From NCBI GenBank assembly GCA_032718475.1, contig JAUCBJ010006593.1, forward strand, positions 1 through 45,908: 45,908 bases of DNA, read 5' to 3'. The position numbers and the translations under genes were made by a program. Each line of letters opens with the position of its first letter. Within the stretch, counting starts at the first letter, position 1. Origin of the DNA: Nemertoderma westbladi. Taxonomy: Eukaryota; Animalia; Xenacoelomorpha. Shown in pieces: positions 10,383-22,022 of the stretch. The notes below the pieces were generated by a model. That model searched no databases and had not been told where the DNA came from. It worked only from the letters and a program-made list of their open reading frames with translations.

Positions 10383-10946
10383 TGTCTTGGTGTAAGATAG
10401 ATAAAGTTGCACCAAGACGGGGTAGCGGTATCATACCCATAGGGAGCGGCCTGGAAAGCCGGCTCCGAGAAAAAAAAATAGCTCCACCCCACACCCGATA
10501 GTAAATCAGGATCCAGCGGAATTGAAGCGCACTAGAGGTTGATGCTATCTTCTCACCGGGAAGATAGCATGGGGGGGAGTGTTAGCGAATCAATTCCACT
10601 AACCACCCCACAAAGTTGGGCCAGCGAGACCCTTAAGCAATATTGGGAAGCACGAGGTTGATTGCCAATCAACCTCGTATCACCCCAATAAACGGGGACG
10701 ACAAACCCCAAAGGAACACACACAATGGGGGTCAGAGGTTATACCTCCGAGAGAGAGAGAATGACAGTAGCAAGGGGAGAACACTCCCAGAGAGATGGGA
10801 GGGCGAGAATTAGGTTATTGGCCAATGGGGGGCAAGCATCGACTGAGTAACAAGGCCACAAGTGCAGTAACCAATATATATATTATGTTGCATGCCCCAC
10901 TACCGGTCAGTTTACTCAGTCACCAGTTTACCGTGGACCGGCGACA
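10383..10946 (-). mobile_element. Candidate 5' LTR (~564 bp)
   Basis: TGTC...GACA termini, adjacent PBS, CCAAT and TATATATA motifs near 10818-10885, and several hairpins. The outer boundary is uncertain because no second LTR is available for comparison. Confidence 0.55.
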
Positions 10947-11149
10947 TAGTTCGACCGTCATTGCGGTGCTGTTGTATGTTATCTTACCGGTACCTGTATC
11001 ATATCTTACTATCATATATCAGCTATCAATAGTCTATATTATATTATACTTCAGTTGAACATCAAACTCATAGCTTTATCCGTTTATACATTCTATCGCG
11101 CCCATCCATCAGCCCGCTGTGACGCGTACTTGCTAGACCCGGTCGGGAT

Positions 11150-12760
11150 CCCTCGATCCCGTCACAGAAAGAGTCAAACTTCGATAGGGATGTGGAGGAG
11201 AAGCAGGGCACACAACGGAGTATATACATGAACTTAGGTATTTTGAAGCAGTTGCGCAATAAGAACAGTGCATCATGGGAAGATATGAGATTCAAATGCT
11301 TGGAGAAGGTCTCAAGTTCATCTGCTTTTTTCAGTAGTGTTTCCTCCAAAGCAGCATCTCCAATTTGGGGTGATTTTCTCGAAGATGGTGGCTATCTCCT
11401 GATTCTCCTCAGATGGGAAATTGTTAGAAAAAATGAGCTCACATATCGAGGCCTTTATGAAAAGGCTAAGAGTTGAGTCTTGGAGTATAACAGACTCAAG
11501 ATTTGATGTAACTTCCGATGGAGAACCACCCAGAGACCTCACATTGAGACTGTTTACTATTTCAATGGTTTCAGCACTAAAAAATAGAGTCCCAATTAGG
11601 TCCCCTTGTTGGACCCCATCTTCTCAAGAAATAATGGTATCTTCATAGAAGAGGGCTGGGGGTATGCTTGGTAGGCCAGAGGGTAAAGGGGAGGGAGGTT
11701 CTGGTGGATAGAACGAAAAACTGCCCCACAGTGGACATAATTGAAAGCATTAGAGAAGTCTACCGATGACCATAACTGAAGGTTCCTTAGGGTCTGAAAG
11801 AAATCGTCGGGGAGCTTGAACTGCTGCTTCTGTACCAAGGGGTGCTCCATGACGTAACTGATGAGGACCCAGTTTAAGGTCAGAGTTGTACGCTAATTGG
11901 TGACATCCAGACTTAGCTGAGAGGTGCCTAATTCTACAGCCAACAGCAATGGGGCGGATTCCACCTGAGGCTTTGGTGAAAGTGCATAGACGAGCACCAT
12001 AGAAGAAGGGGAGGATTGGTTCTGGAACAGATCCCTTAATGACTAGGTTAGTGACACCAGTGATACCTTTCAGGGCTGCAAGGGCTTCATAACCTGCTTG
12101 GTGAGAGCAGATGTCCTTTAGGAATTGGGGACGTAGTATGGAAGGACTGCCTGCTGACCCATTAGGAAAGGAATGGATGGTTTTCAGGATATTTGGGAAG
12201 GAGAACTCAAGAAGAGTAATATTTCAGGTAGAGGGAGATTGGTCAAGTCACCATCGACACCTGGAGGGTGTAGGCTACATTGTGATTGAAGAGTTTCTTG
12301 TAGGAAGTGCAATAGAGGTGGGAGAAGAGGCAAGGTGGGCTGAAGCTTTTATATTTCCCTTCCCGATCTTAGTGGAAATAAGTTTGCCAAGTTGTTCATC
12401 ATTGGAGGCTATGGGTTCAGTCTTTCACCCATGGCGTCGAGCTGGGGTGGGGAGCCAGAGGGGTCTTTGGCCTTTGGTGAGGTCAAGGATATCGGAAAGC
12501 TGGTCTTTAACCTTGGTAGTGAGCAATTTTTCGGGTCGACTGAGATGTGTGGTGCAACCCCGCCTTTTTCTGGTCTTCAAGTTGGGGACCTGGAGGCAAT
12601 ATGAGAAAGCAAGCATGTTGATACAGTTATTAGGGGAGTTGTCATTGATAAGTGCTGTGCATAGGTGGGAGTAAGCAGATGCTGCTGAGGCTCGAGCACC
12701 TCGCGGGATACGAGTAAGTGTTTTAGTTTTAATAAGTGTTTTAGTACTGATTATATTCAT
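11150..12760 (-). pseudogene. Degenerate CRE-clade non-LTR retrotransposon RT
   Basis: Minus-strand fragments RIPRGARASAA, FPNGSAGSPSILRPQFLKD, FFYGARLCTFTKASGGIRPIAVG, VDFSNAFN, GVQQGDLIG and ALFLLRNCFKIPKFMYILRC, broken by frameshifts and stops. YxDD is absent. Confidence 0.85.
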
Positions 12761-12924
12761 TAGGGGAAAATAGTCATTGATGAATTCATGAATTCATCAG
12801 AATAGTCATGTCTGCCCGCGCCCACTTCCTTGTCTAATGAAAGCGGCGAGCTAGTCGATGGTGATAATATTCAAGGGATCGTGATCTCTGGTTGTAGAGG
12901 AAAAATTGTTCTGCTGTTGGGGGT

Positions 12925-13720
12925 CGCCTGAACCCTGAAATATGGTTGTGTGGAGTGAGCCGTTTGGAAATCATCTGAAACTTGGTCACATGTCAAGGAA
13001 CCTGTTCATGCATCTGAACCTTGGTTGTGTGCACAGGAACCTGTTCGGGGGATCTTCTGAAACCTGGTTGTGTGTGAAGGAGCGCGTTCGGGGATCGTCT
13101 GAACCCTATAGTTGTGTGCGGAGGAACCTGTTCGGGGGAATCTTCTGAAACCTGGTTATGTGTGAAGGAACCCGTTCGGGGATCGTCTGAACCCTAGTTG
13201 TGTGCGGAGGAACCTGGTCGGGGGAATCTTCTGAAACCTGGTTGTGTGTGAAGGAACCCATTCGAGGATTGTCTGAACCCTAGTTGTGTGTGGAGGAACC
13301 CTGCTTGCGTGTGGAGAAACCCATTCGGGGGTCGTCTGAACCCTAGTTGTGTGCGGAGGAACCCTGGTTGTGTGTGGAGGAAGTCGTTTGGGGATGGTCT
13401 GAACCCTAGTTGTGTGCGGAGGAACCCTGGTTGCGTGTATGGAGGAACCCGTTCGGGGATGGTCTGAACCCTAGTTTTGTGCAGAGGAACCTGTTCGGGG
13501 GAATCTTCTGAAACCTGGTTGTGTGTGAACGAACCCATTTGGGGATCGTCTGAACCCTAGTTGTGTGCGGAGGTACCCTGGTTGTGTGTGGAGGAACCCG
13601 TTCGGGGATGGTCTGAACCCCAGAACCCTGGTTGTGTGTGGAGGAACCCGATTGGGGATCGTCCGTACCCTGGTTGTGGAGGAAACTGTTCAGCTGTTCC
13701 GGGAATGTCTGAACCCTAGT
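12925..13720. repeat. ~42-44-bp minisatellite with two alternating variants and 21-23-bp half-units
   Basis: gaaccctagttgtgtgcggaggaacctgttcgggggaatcttct alternates with gaaacctggttgtgtgtgaaggaacccgttcggggatcgtct. Confidence 0.95.
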
Positions 13721-14074
13721 GCAATCGAGTACCAGCTATTCCTATTCAGATTCGATCTTCGGCTATTCCAAATAGGCAACTTAACAGAGCAATTATGATT
13801 CAAACAAATAGAGACCGTGCAGTAGGCCAGTATTGCAGTGTTATTCCAAACTAATTAAATACTAATTCTTGAACTTCTAATGATTAATTTATTGTAAATA
13901 ATACTAAATGTCGTCATGCTACAGCACTATAAATCAAGCAGCCAAAATTATGATAGGCCTAATCTATCATTAGAATAATAATTAATTTATTAAAGTTGGT
14001 CAAAAATGGTCACAAAAGCTTTAGTAGTGCCCATTAAACAAATGAAAATTTTAACAATGTTTTGTAAATTTTGT

Positions 14075-14225
14075 AATTAAAAAATGCACTAGCTAGTAGC
14101 TACCATTAAAAAACACTAGCTAGTAGCTACCATTAAAAAACACTCGCTAGTAGCTACCATGAATTAAAGAACACTAGCTACTGTAGTAGCAGTAGCTACC
14201 ATTAAAAAAACACTTGCTAGCTACC
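14075..14225. repeat. 27-bp tandem repeat block (copies also at ~21490, ~36805, ~41600)
   Basis: aaaaaacactagctagtagctaccatt; taccatt at 14101 and 14128. Confidence 0.93.
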
Positions 14226-15174
14226 CTAAATGTTGTTGTGCTACGGGGTGTTGGGATATATAACAGGAATGACCGGCGTCATCGGCTATCCAAATTACAC
14301 TGTCGGGAAATTTTATCGAAATTTAAAATTAAATCCTAACATTTTAGAATTATTTAAATTTTGATAATTTTGGTAATTTTTCTTGCAGGGGAAAAATAAA
14401 ATTAGTTATTTTAGATTTGTAATTTCCCACTCCGTTTGCTTTGTAATTTATAAACTCCAGGTTAGCTAGGAAATTACTGGTTATATAGTAAAGAACACCT
14501 AGGATTTTGAGTGTATAGCTCTGTACTACAGTAGTTCGGTATTCTAAAGATAATTTTGAGTTGTAAAAAATAGATTCTGAATAAATAGTTACAGATAAAT
14601 ATGGAGTTAATCTTTCTGTGGTTATTTTTAATGTTAGTCGCGGTTTGGAGTATTCCAGTAATAATTATGTTGACGTTTTACGTGAAACATATTAGGGAGA
14701 GGAACAAGAAGCAGAAAGGAAACAAAAAGGATACGTCGACACAAGAGCAATCGAAACAATCGAGGTAATTTAACTCGGAAAGAATCGAAGCTCATCGTGA
14801 TAATTCTACAACTTACCATTCATCGGATTTCGGTAAAAGAGAATTGTTTGGATACGTACGACTCAATAGATTCTATTAAACATTTTTATCGTAATCTCGG
14901 AAAGGGGGGGGGGGGGGGGGAGTGCATAATGTTGTATTATAATAATAACACAAGGATAATAATATAATAAGGATTTTGGTTTATATTAGTGTTTAAACGG
15001 GATTCCGGCGAAAAATGTAATATCGATCCCGACTTCATTGGAACGGGATCCCGTCGTACAAATATATAGCGAAGTAAATTTGTTGAATATCCTAAGAATA
15101 ATTGCACCAGAAATGAAACATTGTTGATTATATCGAATTAATATGTTAGTAAACCATTTCGGTAATCACCTATA

Positions 15175-15535
15175 AATTTATTTTATAAGATTTGATCTTA
15201 CTATATTTCACCAGTGTGACATATATTGCCCAAAAACTGTATTATACTGTACTTACACATTTACAAAATTAATAAACACTAGTTTGTATATGTATATTAA
15301 TTTCAGTTCAATACGTTTTATTCTAGTATCCCAAAACAGATTTTCTTTTTTCGAAAGCGTAATATATATACAATCCTAGTTTTATAAGGTCAGTATCGTA
15401 TGTCACTCCTATTAGTTCTGCAAACTTCTGAAAATTTGTGTTGGTGCAGTAATAATTACCGACGTATTTTAGGCGGAGATTAGTATATCCACTACATTTC
15501 AAAAGAAAGTGTAGTTCATTTTCGTTGAAAGACTT
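15175..15535 (-). pseudogene. 3' fragment of a LINE ORF2 (C-terminal Cys/His region, stop codon, 3' UTR); coding part amplified to 9 copies
   Basis: ENELHFLLKCSGYTNLRLKY...KFAELI...LGLYIYYAFEKRK* matches the EDExHFLLxCxxYxxLRxxY tail typical of APE-type LINE ORF2. Copies end at 15323, 18371, 20630, 33878, ~35013, 35945, 38786, ~39923 and 40741. Confidence 0.8.
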
Positions 15536-16243
15536 CCACGAGATGAACACTCTCTCCTGCCTCCCACGAGATGTAAACTCTCTCAGGTCTCCCCGAAATG
15601 TACACTCTCTCAGGTCTCCCCGAGATGTACACTCTCTCAGGTCTCCCACGAGATGTACACTCTCTCAGGTCTCCCCGAAATGTACACTCTCTCAGGTCTC
15701 CACGAGATGTACACTCTCTCAGGTCTCCCCGAGATGTACACTCTCTCAGGTTTCCCCGAAATGTACACTCTCTCAGGTCTCCCACGAGATGAACATTGAA
15801 CACTCTCTCAGGTCTCCCCGAGATGTACACTCTCTCAGGTCTCCAAGAAATGTACACTCTCTCAGGTCTCCCACGAGATGAACACTCTCTCAGGTCTCCC
15901 ACGAGATGTACACTCTCTCATGCCTCCCACGAGATGTAAACTCTCTCAGGTCTCCCACGAGATGTACACTCTCTCAGGTCTCCCCGAGATGTACACTCTC
16001 TCAGGTCTCCCACGAGATGAACACTCTCTCAGGTCTCCCACGAGATGTACACTCTCTCATGCCTCCCACGAGATGTAAACTCTCTCAGGTCTCCCACGAG
16101 ATGTACACTCTCTCATGCCTCCCACGAGATGTAAACTCTCTCAGGTCTCCCACGAGATGTACACTCTCTCAGGTCTCCCCGAAATGTACACTCTCTCAGG
16201 TCTCCCACGAGATGAACACTCTCTCAGGTCTCCCCGAGATGTA
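15535..16243. repeat. 27/28-bp minisatellite array M1
   Basis: gagatgtacactctctcaggtctccc(c|ac) units in direct tandem, with no spacers. Confidence 0.97.
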
Positions 16244-17529
16244 AAATTAAATCCTAACATTTTAGAATTATTTAAATTTTGATAATTTTGGTAATTTTTC
16301 TTGCAGGGGAAAAATAAAATTAGTTATTTTAGATTCACTTATGAATTTCCCACTCCGTTTGCTTTGTAATTTATAATCTCCAGGTTAGCTAGGAAATTAC
16401 TGGTTATATAGTAAAGAACACCTAGGATTTTGAGTGTATAGCTCTGTACTAGTTCGGTATTCTAAAGATAATTTTGAGTTGTAAAAAATAGATTCTGAAT
16501 AAATAGTTACAGATAAATATGGAGTTAATCTTTCTGTGGTTATTTTTAATGTTAGTCGCGGTTTGGAGTATTCCAGGAATAATTATGTTGACGTTTTACG
16601 TGAAACATATTAGGGAGAGGAACAAGAAGCAGAAAGGAAACAAAAAGGATACGTCGACACAAGAGCAATCGAAACAATCGAGGTAATTTAACTCGGAAAG
16701 AATCGAAGCTCATCGTGATAATTCTACAACTTGGCTGACATACTTACCATTCATCGGATTTCGGTAAAAGCGAATTGTTTGAATACGTACGACTCAATAG
16801 ATTCTATTAAACATTTTTATCGTAATCTCGGAAAGGGGGGGGGGGGGGGGGGGGAGTGCATAATGTTGTATTATAATAATAACACAAGGATAATAATATA
16901 ATAATAAGGATTTTGGTTTATATTCGTGTTTAAACGGGATTCCGGCGAAAAATGTAAAATCGATCCCGACTTCATTGGAACGGGATCCCCGTCGTACAAA
17001 TATATAGCGAAGTAAATTTGTTGAATATCCTAAGAATAATTGCACCAGAACTGAAACATTGTTGATTATATCGAATTAATATGTTAGTAAACCATTTCGC
17101 TAATCAACTATAAATTTATTTTATAATATGATTTGATCTTACTATATTTCACCAGTGTGACATAAATTGCCCAAAAACTGTATTATACTTACACATTTAC
17201 AAAATGATTAAACACTAGTTTGTATATCACTGTATATCATGTATCAGCAATACAGTAACGTGTAAGGGAACTCCTCCAGTAAAGGTCACTGAAGGGATAA
17301 CTTTCGTTAGGGGAGTGAGAATATCGAAAGACCCTTATCCGATCCTTAGGTGTTTCCCTTGTAGAATATCTACCATATCTACCTCACTTACGGTTTCGCT
17401 CTGGGAACCTGCTGTTGGTCAACCCGTGGCCGGTCGAGGATGTGTAGTAGACCACGGAAGCAGTGTCATGATATAAGAAGGTTCAGTTTGACTTGTAATA
17501 TGTTTGACAGCTACTGGAACAATAACTAC

Positions 17530-17990
17530 TATATCTCTCTCTATATATATATATATTGACTTGTGGGGTTCTGCCTCGAAGTGGGCGTAAGTTACAGGGA
17601 ACTGTCTTTGGCTTATAACTTAAAAATGGCTGATAGAAAAGCTTCGTGGTTCTGCCAGACGAAAAAGCCGATATCGAATTACCCAAAAAGTCAAAAACAT
17701 GAAAATCTAAAAAAATCGACTTAGGGGGTTCTGCCTTGAAGGTGATGAACAGTCAGGTGGTACAGTAACGGTAATTGATTAGACTGCAAGACATGTCCAG
17801 TTGTCTCCCCGCTGACCTGTACTGAATAGAACATGTTACACTTACAACAGGCTATTTTTTGAACTAAAAAAAGGAAACAATGGTGTGAAAATGGACAAAA
17901 AAAGGGAAAAAAGGAAACGTTCTAAAAAAAAAGGAAAAAAGGAAACTCGGGGAGGCTTGCGACTCGCCCTCGCGTCAGCAGATGATAGTG
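17530..17990 (+). mobile_element. Possible non-autonomous DNA element (Helitron-like) fragment
   Basis: Starts with tctctctctatatata, has three g(g/t)ggttctgcc internal repeats, and ends in a GC-rich imperfect hairpin at ~17948-17975 followed by atag|t (not a canonical CTRR). Confidence 0.3.
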
Positions 17991-18582
17991 GCAATGGTGG
18001 AATTGGTCTATTGATGAATCCCCAGATACCAGATATCGATTCCCAGATACAATGCTTCTATATATAAGGGACATTTACATTGTTAACTTTAGCTGCTGTC
18101 ATATATTAATGAGGCCTACGTGCGTTGGTTATTATTGGTTAATTTAACCTGCATTTCAGACATTTCTGGTGTTTTATAATCTGCAAAAAATTATGAAATA
18201 GGTAGAACATAGGGTGCTAATTATGAACAACTAATGACTAAAATGACTAATGACTAAAAATAGTCTGAGAATAGGCGGAACGTATGAGGTAATGCGATTA
18301 AAAATATTATAACCATCGCCTAAAATTGTGTTACAGTATTTAAATTAATTTCAGTTCAATACGTTTTATTCTAGTATCCCAAAACAGATTTTCTTTTTTC
18401 GAAAGCGTAATATATATACAATCCTAGTTTTATAAGGTCAGTATCGTATGTCACTCCTATTAGTTCTGCAAACTTCTGAAAATTTGTGTTGGTGCAGTAA
18501 TAATTACCGACGTATTTTAGGCGGAGATTAGTATATCCACTACATTTCAAAAGAAAGTGTAGTTCATTTTCGTTGAAAGACT

Positions 18583-19127
18583 TCCACGAGATGAACACTC
18601 TCTCCTGCCTCCCACGAGATGTAAACTCTCTCAGGTCTCCCACGAGATGTACACTCTCTCAGGTCTCCCCGAAATGTACACTCTCTCAGGTCTCCCACGA
18701 GATGTACACTCTCTCAGGTCTCCCCGAAATGTACACTCTCTCAGGTCTCCCACGAGATGAACATTGAACACTCTCTCAGGTCTCCCCGAGATGTACACTC
18801 TCTCAGGTCTCCCCGAAATGTACACTCTCTCAGGTCTCCCACGAGATGAACACTCTCTCAGGTCTCCCACGAGATGTACACTCTCTCATGCCTCCCACGA
18901 GATGTAAACTCTCTCAGGTCTCCCACGAGATGTACACTCTCTCAGGTCTCCCACGAGATGTACACTCTCTCAGGTCTCCCCGAGATGTACACTCTCTCAG
19001 GTCTCCCACGAGATGAACACTCTCTCAGGTCTCCCACGAGATGTACACTCTCTCAGGTCTCCCCGAAATGTACACTCTCTCAGGTCTCCCACGAGATGAA
19101 CACTCTCTCAGGTCTCCCCGAGATGTA
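18583..19127. repeat. 27/28-bp minisatellite array M2
   Basis: Same unit as M1; shares the gaacattgaacac variant with M1. Confidence 0.97.
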
Positions 19128-20181
19128 AAATTAAATCCTAACATTTTAGAATTATTTAAATTTTGATAATTTTGGTAATTTTTCTTGCAGGGGAAAAATA
19201 AAATTAGTTATTTTAGATTCACTTATGAATTTCCCACTCCGTTTGCTTTGTAATTTATAAACTCCAGGTTAGCTAGGAAATTACTGGTTATATAGTAAAG
19301 AACACCTAGGATTTTGAGTGTATAGCTCTGTACTAGTTCGGTATTCTAAAGATAATTTTGAGTTGTAAAAAATAGATTCTGAAGAAATAGTTACAGATAA
19401 ATATGGAGTTAATCTTTCTGTGGTTATTTTTAATGTTAGTCGCGGTTTGGAGTATTCCAGGAATAATTATGTTGACGTTTTACGTGAAACATATTAGGGA
19501 GAGGAACAAGAAGCAGAAAGGAAACAAAAAGGATACGTCGACACAAGAGCAATCGAAACAATCGAGGTAATTTAACTCGGAAAGAATCGAAGCTCATCGT
19601 GATAATTCTACAACTTGGCTGACATACTTACCATTCATCGGATTTCGGTAAAAGCGAATTGTTTGGATACGTATGACTCAATAGATTCTATTAAACATTT
19701 TTATCGTAATCTCGGAAAGGGGGGGGGGGGGGGTGCATAATGTTGTATTATAATAATAACACAAGGATAATAATATAATAATAAGGTTTTTGGTTTATAT
19801 TAGTGTTTAAACGGGATTCCGGCGAAAAATTTAATATCGATCCCGACTTCATTGGAACGGGATCCCGTGGTACAAATATATAGCGAAGTAAATTTGTTGA
19901 ATATCCTAAGAATAATTGCATCAGAACTGAAACATTGTTGATTATATCGAATTAATATGGTAGTAAACCATTTCGGTATTCAACTATAAATTTATTTTAT
20001 AATATGATTTGATCTTACTATATTTCACCAGAGTGAAATAAATTGCCCAAAAACTGTATTATACTTACACATTTACAAAATGATTAAACACTAGTTTGTA
20101 TATCACTGTATATCATGTATCAGCAATACAGTAACGTGTAAGGGAACTCCTCCAGTAAAGGTCACTGAAGGGATAACTTTC

Positions 20182-20313
20182 TTTATAGATAGATAGATAG
20201 ATTTATTTATACATTATGTAAAAACAATAACAAATACACCAAACAATGTACCGGTATAAAGGTATTGTCCAACATAACATATAGGATTACCCCTAAAGCT
20301 TTGCAGCTTATTT
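20182..20313 (-). mobile_element. Short 3' end of a LINE/SINE with an (ATCT)n tail
   Basis: The minus strand ends ...tataaataaatctatctatctatctat. The segment is absent from the paralogous position after 17305. Confidence 0.7.
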
Positions 20314-20841
20314 ATGCTTCTATATATAGGGACATTTACATTGTTAACTTTAGCTGCTGTCATATATTAATGAGGCCTACGTGCGTTGGTTATTATTGGT
20401 TAATTTAACCTGCATTTCAGACATTTCTGGTGTTATAATCTGCAAAAAATTATGAAATAGGTAGAACATAGGGTGCTAATTATGAACAACTAATGACTAA
20501 AATGACTAATGACTAAAAATAGTCTGAGAATAGGCGGAACGTATGAGGTAATGCGATTAAAAATATTATAACCATCGCCTAAAATTGTGTTACAGTATTT
20601 AAATTAATTTCAGTTCAATACGTTTTATTCTAGTATCCCAAAACAGATTTTCTTTTTTCGAAAGCGTAATATATATACAATCCTAGTTTTATAAGGTCAG
20701 TATCGTATGTCACTCCTATTAGTTCTGCAAACTTCTGAAAATTTGTGTTGGTGCAGTAATAATTACCGACGTATTTTAGGCGGAGATTAGTATATCCACT
20801 ACATTTCAAAAGAAAGTGTAGTTCATTTTCGTTGAAAGACT

Positions 20842-21459
20842 TCCACGAGATGAACACTCTCTCATGCCTCCCACGAGATGTAAACTCTCTCAGGTCTCCC
20901 CGAGATGTAAACTCTCTCAGGTCTCCCACGAGATGTACACTCTCTCAGGTCTCCCCGAGATGTAAACTCTCTCAGGTCTCCCCGAGATGTACACTCTCTC
21001 AGGTCTCCCACGAGATGTACACTCTCTCAGGTCTCCCCGAAATGTACACTCTCTCAGGTCTCCCACGAGATGAACACTCTCTTAGGTCTCCCCGAGATGT
21101 ACACTCTCTCAGGTCTCCCACGAGATGTACACTCTCTCATGCCTCAAACGAGATGTAAACTCTCTCAGGTCTCCCACGAGATGTACACTCTCTCAGGTCT
21201 CCCCGAGATGTACACTCTCTCAGGTCTCCCACGAGATGAACACTCTCTCAGGTCTCCCACGAGATGTACACTCTCTCAGGTCTCCCCGAAATGTACACTC
21301 TCTCAGGTCTCCCCGAGATGTACACTCTCTCAGGTCTCCCCGAGATGTACACTCTCTCAGGTATCCCACGAGATGTACACTCTCTCATGCCTCCCACGAG
21401 ATGTAAACTCTCTCAGGTCTCCCACGAGATGTACACTCTCTCAGGTCTCCCCGAGATGA
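20842..21459. repeat. 27/28-bp minisatellite array M3
   Basis: Same variant order as M6 and M9 (ctcttagg, gcctcaaac and ggtatccc markers). Confidence 0.97.
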
Positions 21460-22022
21460 AATTTTGACAATGTTTTGTAAATTTTGTAATTAAAAAAAGC
21501 ACTAGCTAGTAGCTACCATTAAAAAACACTAGCTAGTAGCTACCATTAAAAAACACTAGCTAGTAGCTACCATTAAAAAACACTCGCTAGTCTACCATTA
21601 ATTAAAGAACACTAGCTACTGCAGTAGCAATAGCTACCATTAAAAAACCACTTGCTAGCTACCCTAAATGTTGTTGTGCTACGGGGTGTTGGGATATATA
21701 ACAGGAATGACCGGCGTCATAGGCTATCCAAATTACACTGTCTGGAAATTTTATCGAAATCTAAAATTAAATCCTAACATTTTAGAATTGTTTAAATTTT
21801 GAAAATTTTTGTAATTTTTCTTGCAGGGGAGAAAATAAAATTACTTAATTAACTAGTTCGGTATTCTAAAGATAATTTTGAGTTGTAAAAAATAGATTAT
21901 AGATTAGACTTATGAATTTCCCACTCCGTTTGCTTTGTAATTTATAAACTCCAGGTTAGCTAGGAAATTACTGGTTATATAGTTAAGAACACCTAGGATT
22001 TTGAGTGTATAGCTCTGTACTA

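Larger units (their letters stand above)
6090..10946 (-). mobile_element. Truncated LTR retrotransposon: 5' LTR, PBS, long tandem-repeat leader and degenerate Ser/Pro-rich sequence; no pol or 3' LTR seen
   Basis: The minus strand reads ...CACCAAGACA-TC-TGGCGTCCC (LTR end, 2 nt, PBS). The same purine-rich + strand bias runs from ~6100 to 10330, and the same 75-bp repeat lies on both sides of the LINE insertion. The lower boundary is approximate. Confidence 0.6.

Noticed and set aside
11857-11890. CTGATGAG-GACC...GGTC as a hammerhead ribozyme
   Set aside because: No GAAA follows stem II, and the sequence is the antisense of CRE RT coding sequence (LGPHQL).
12111-12674. 187-aa plus-strand ORF
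   Set aside because: Antisense to the CRE pseudogene, with no independent motif.
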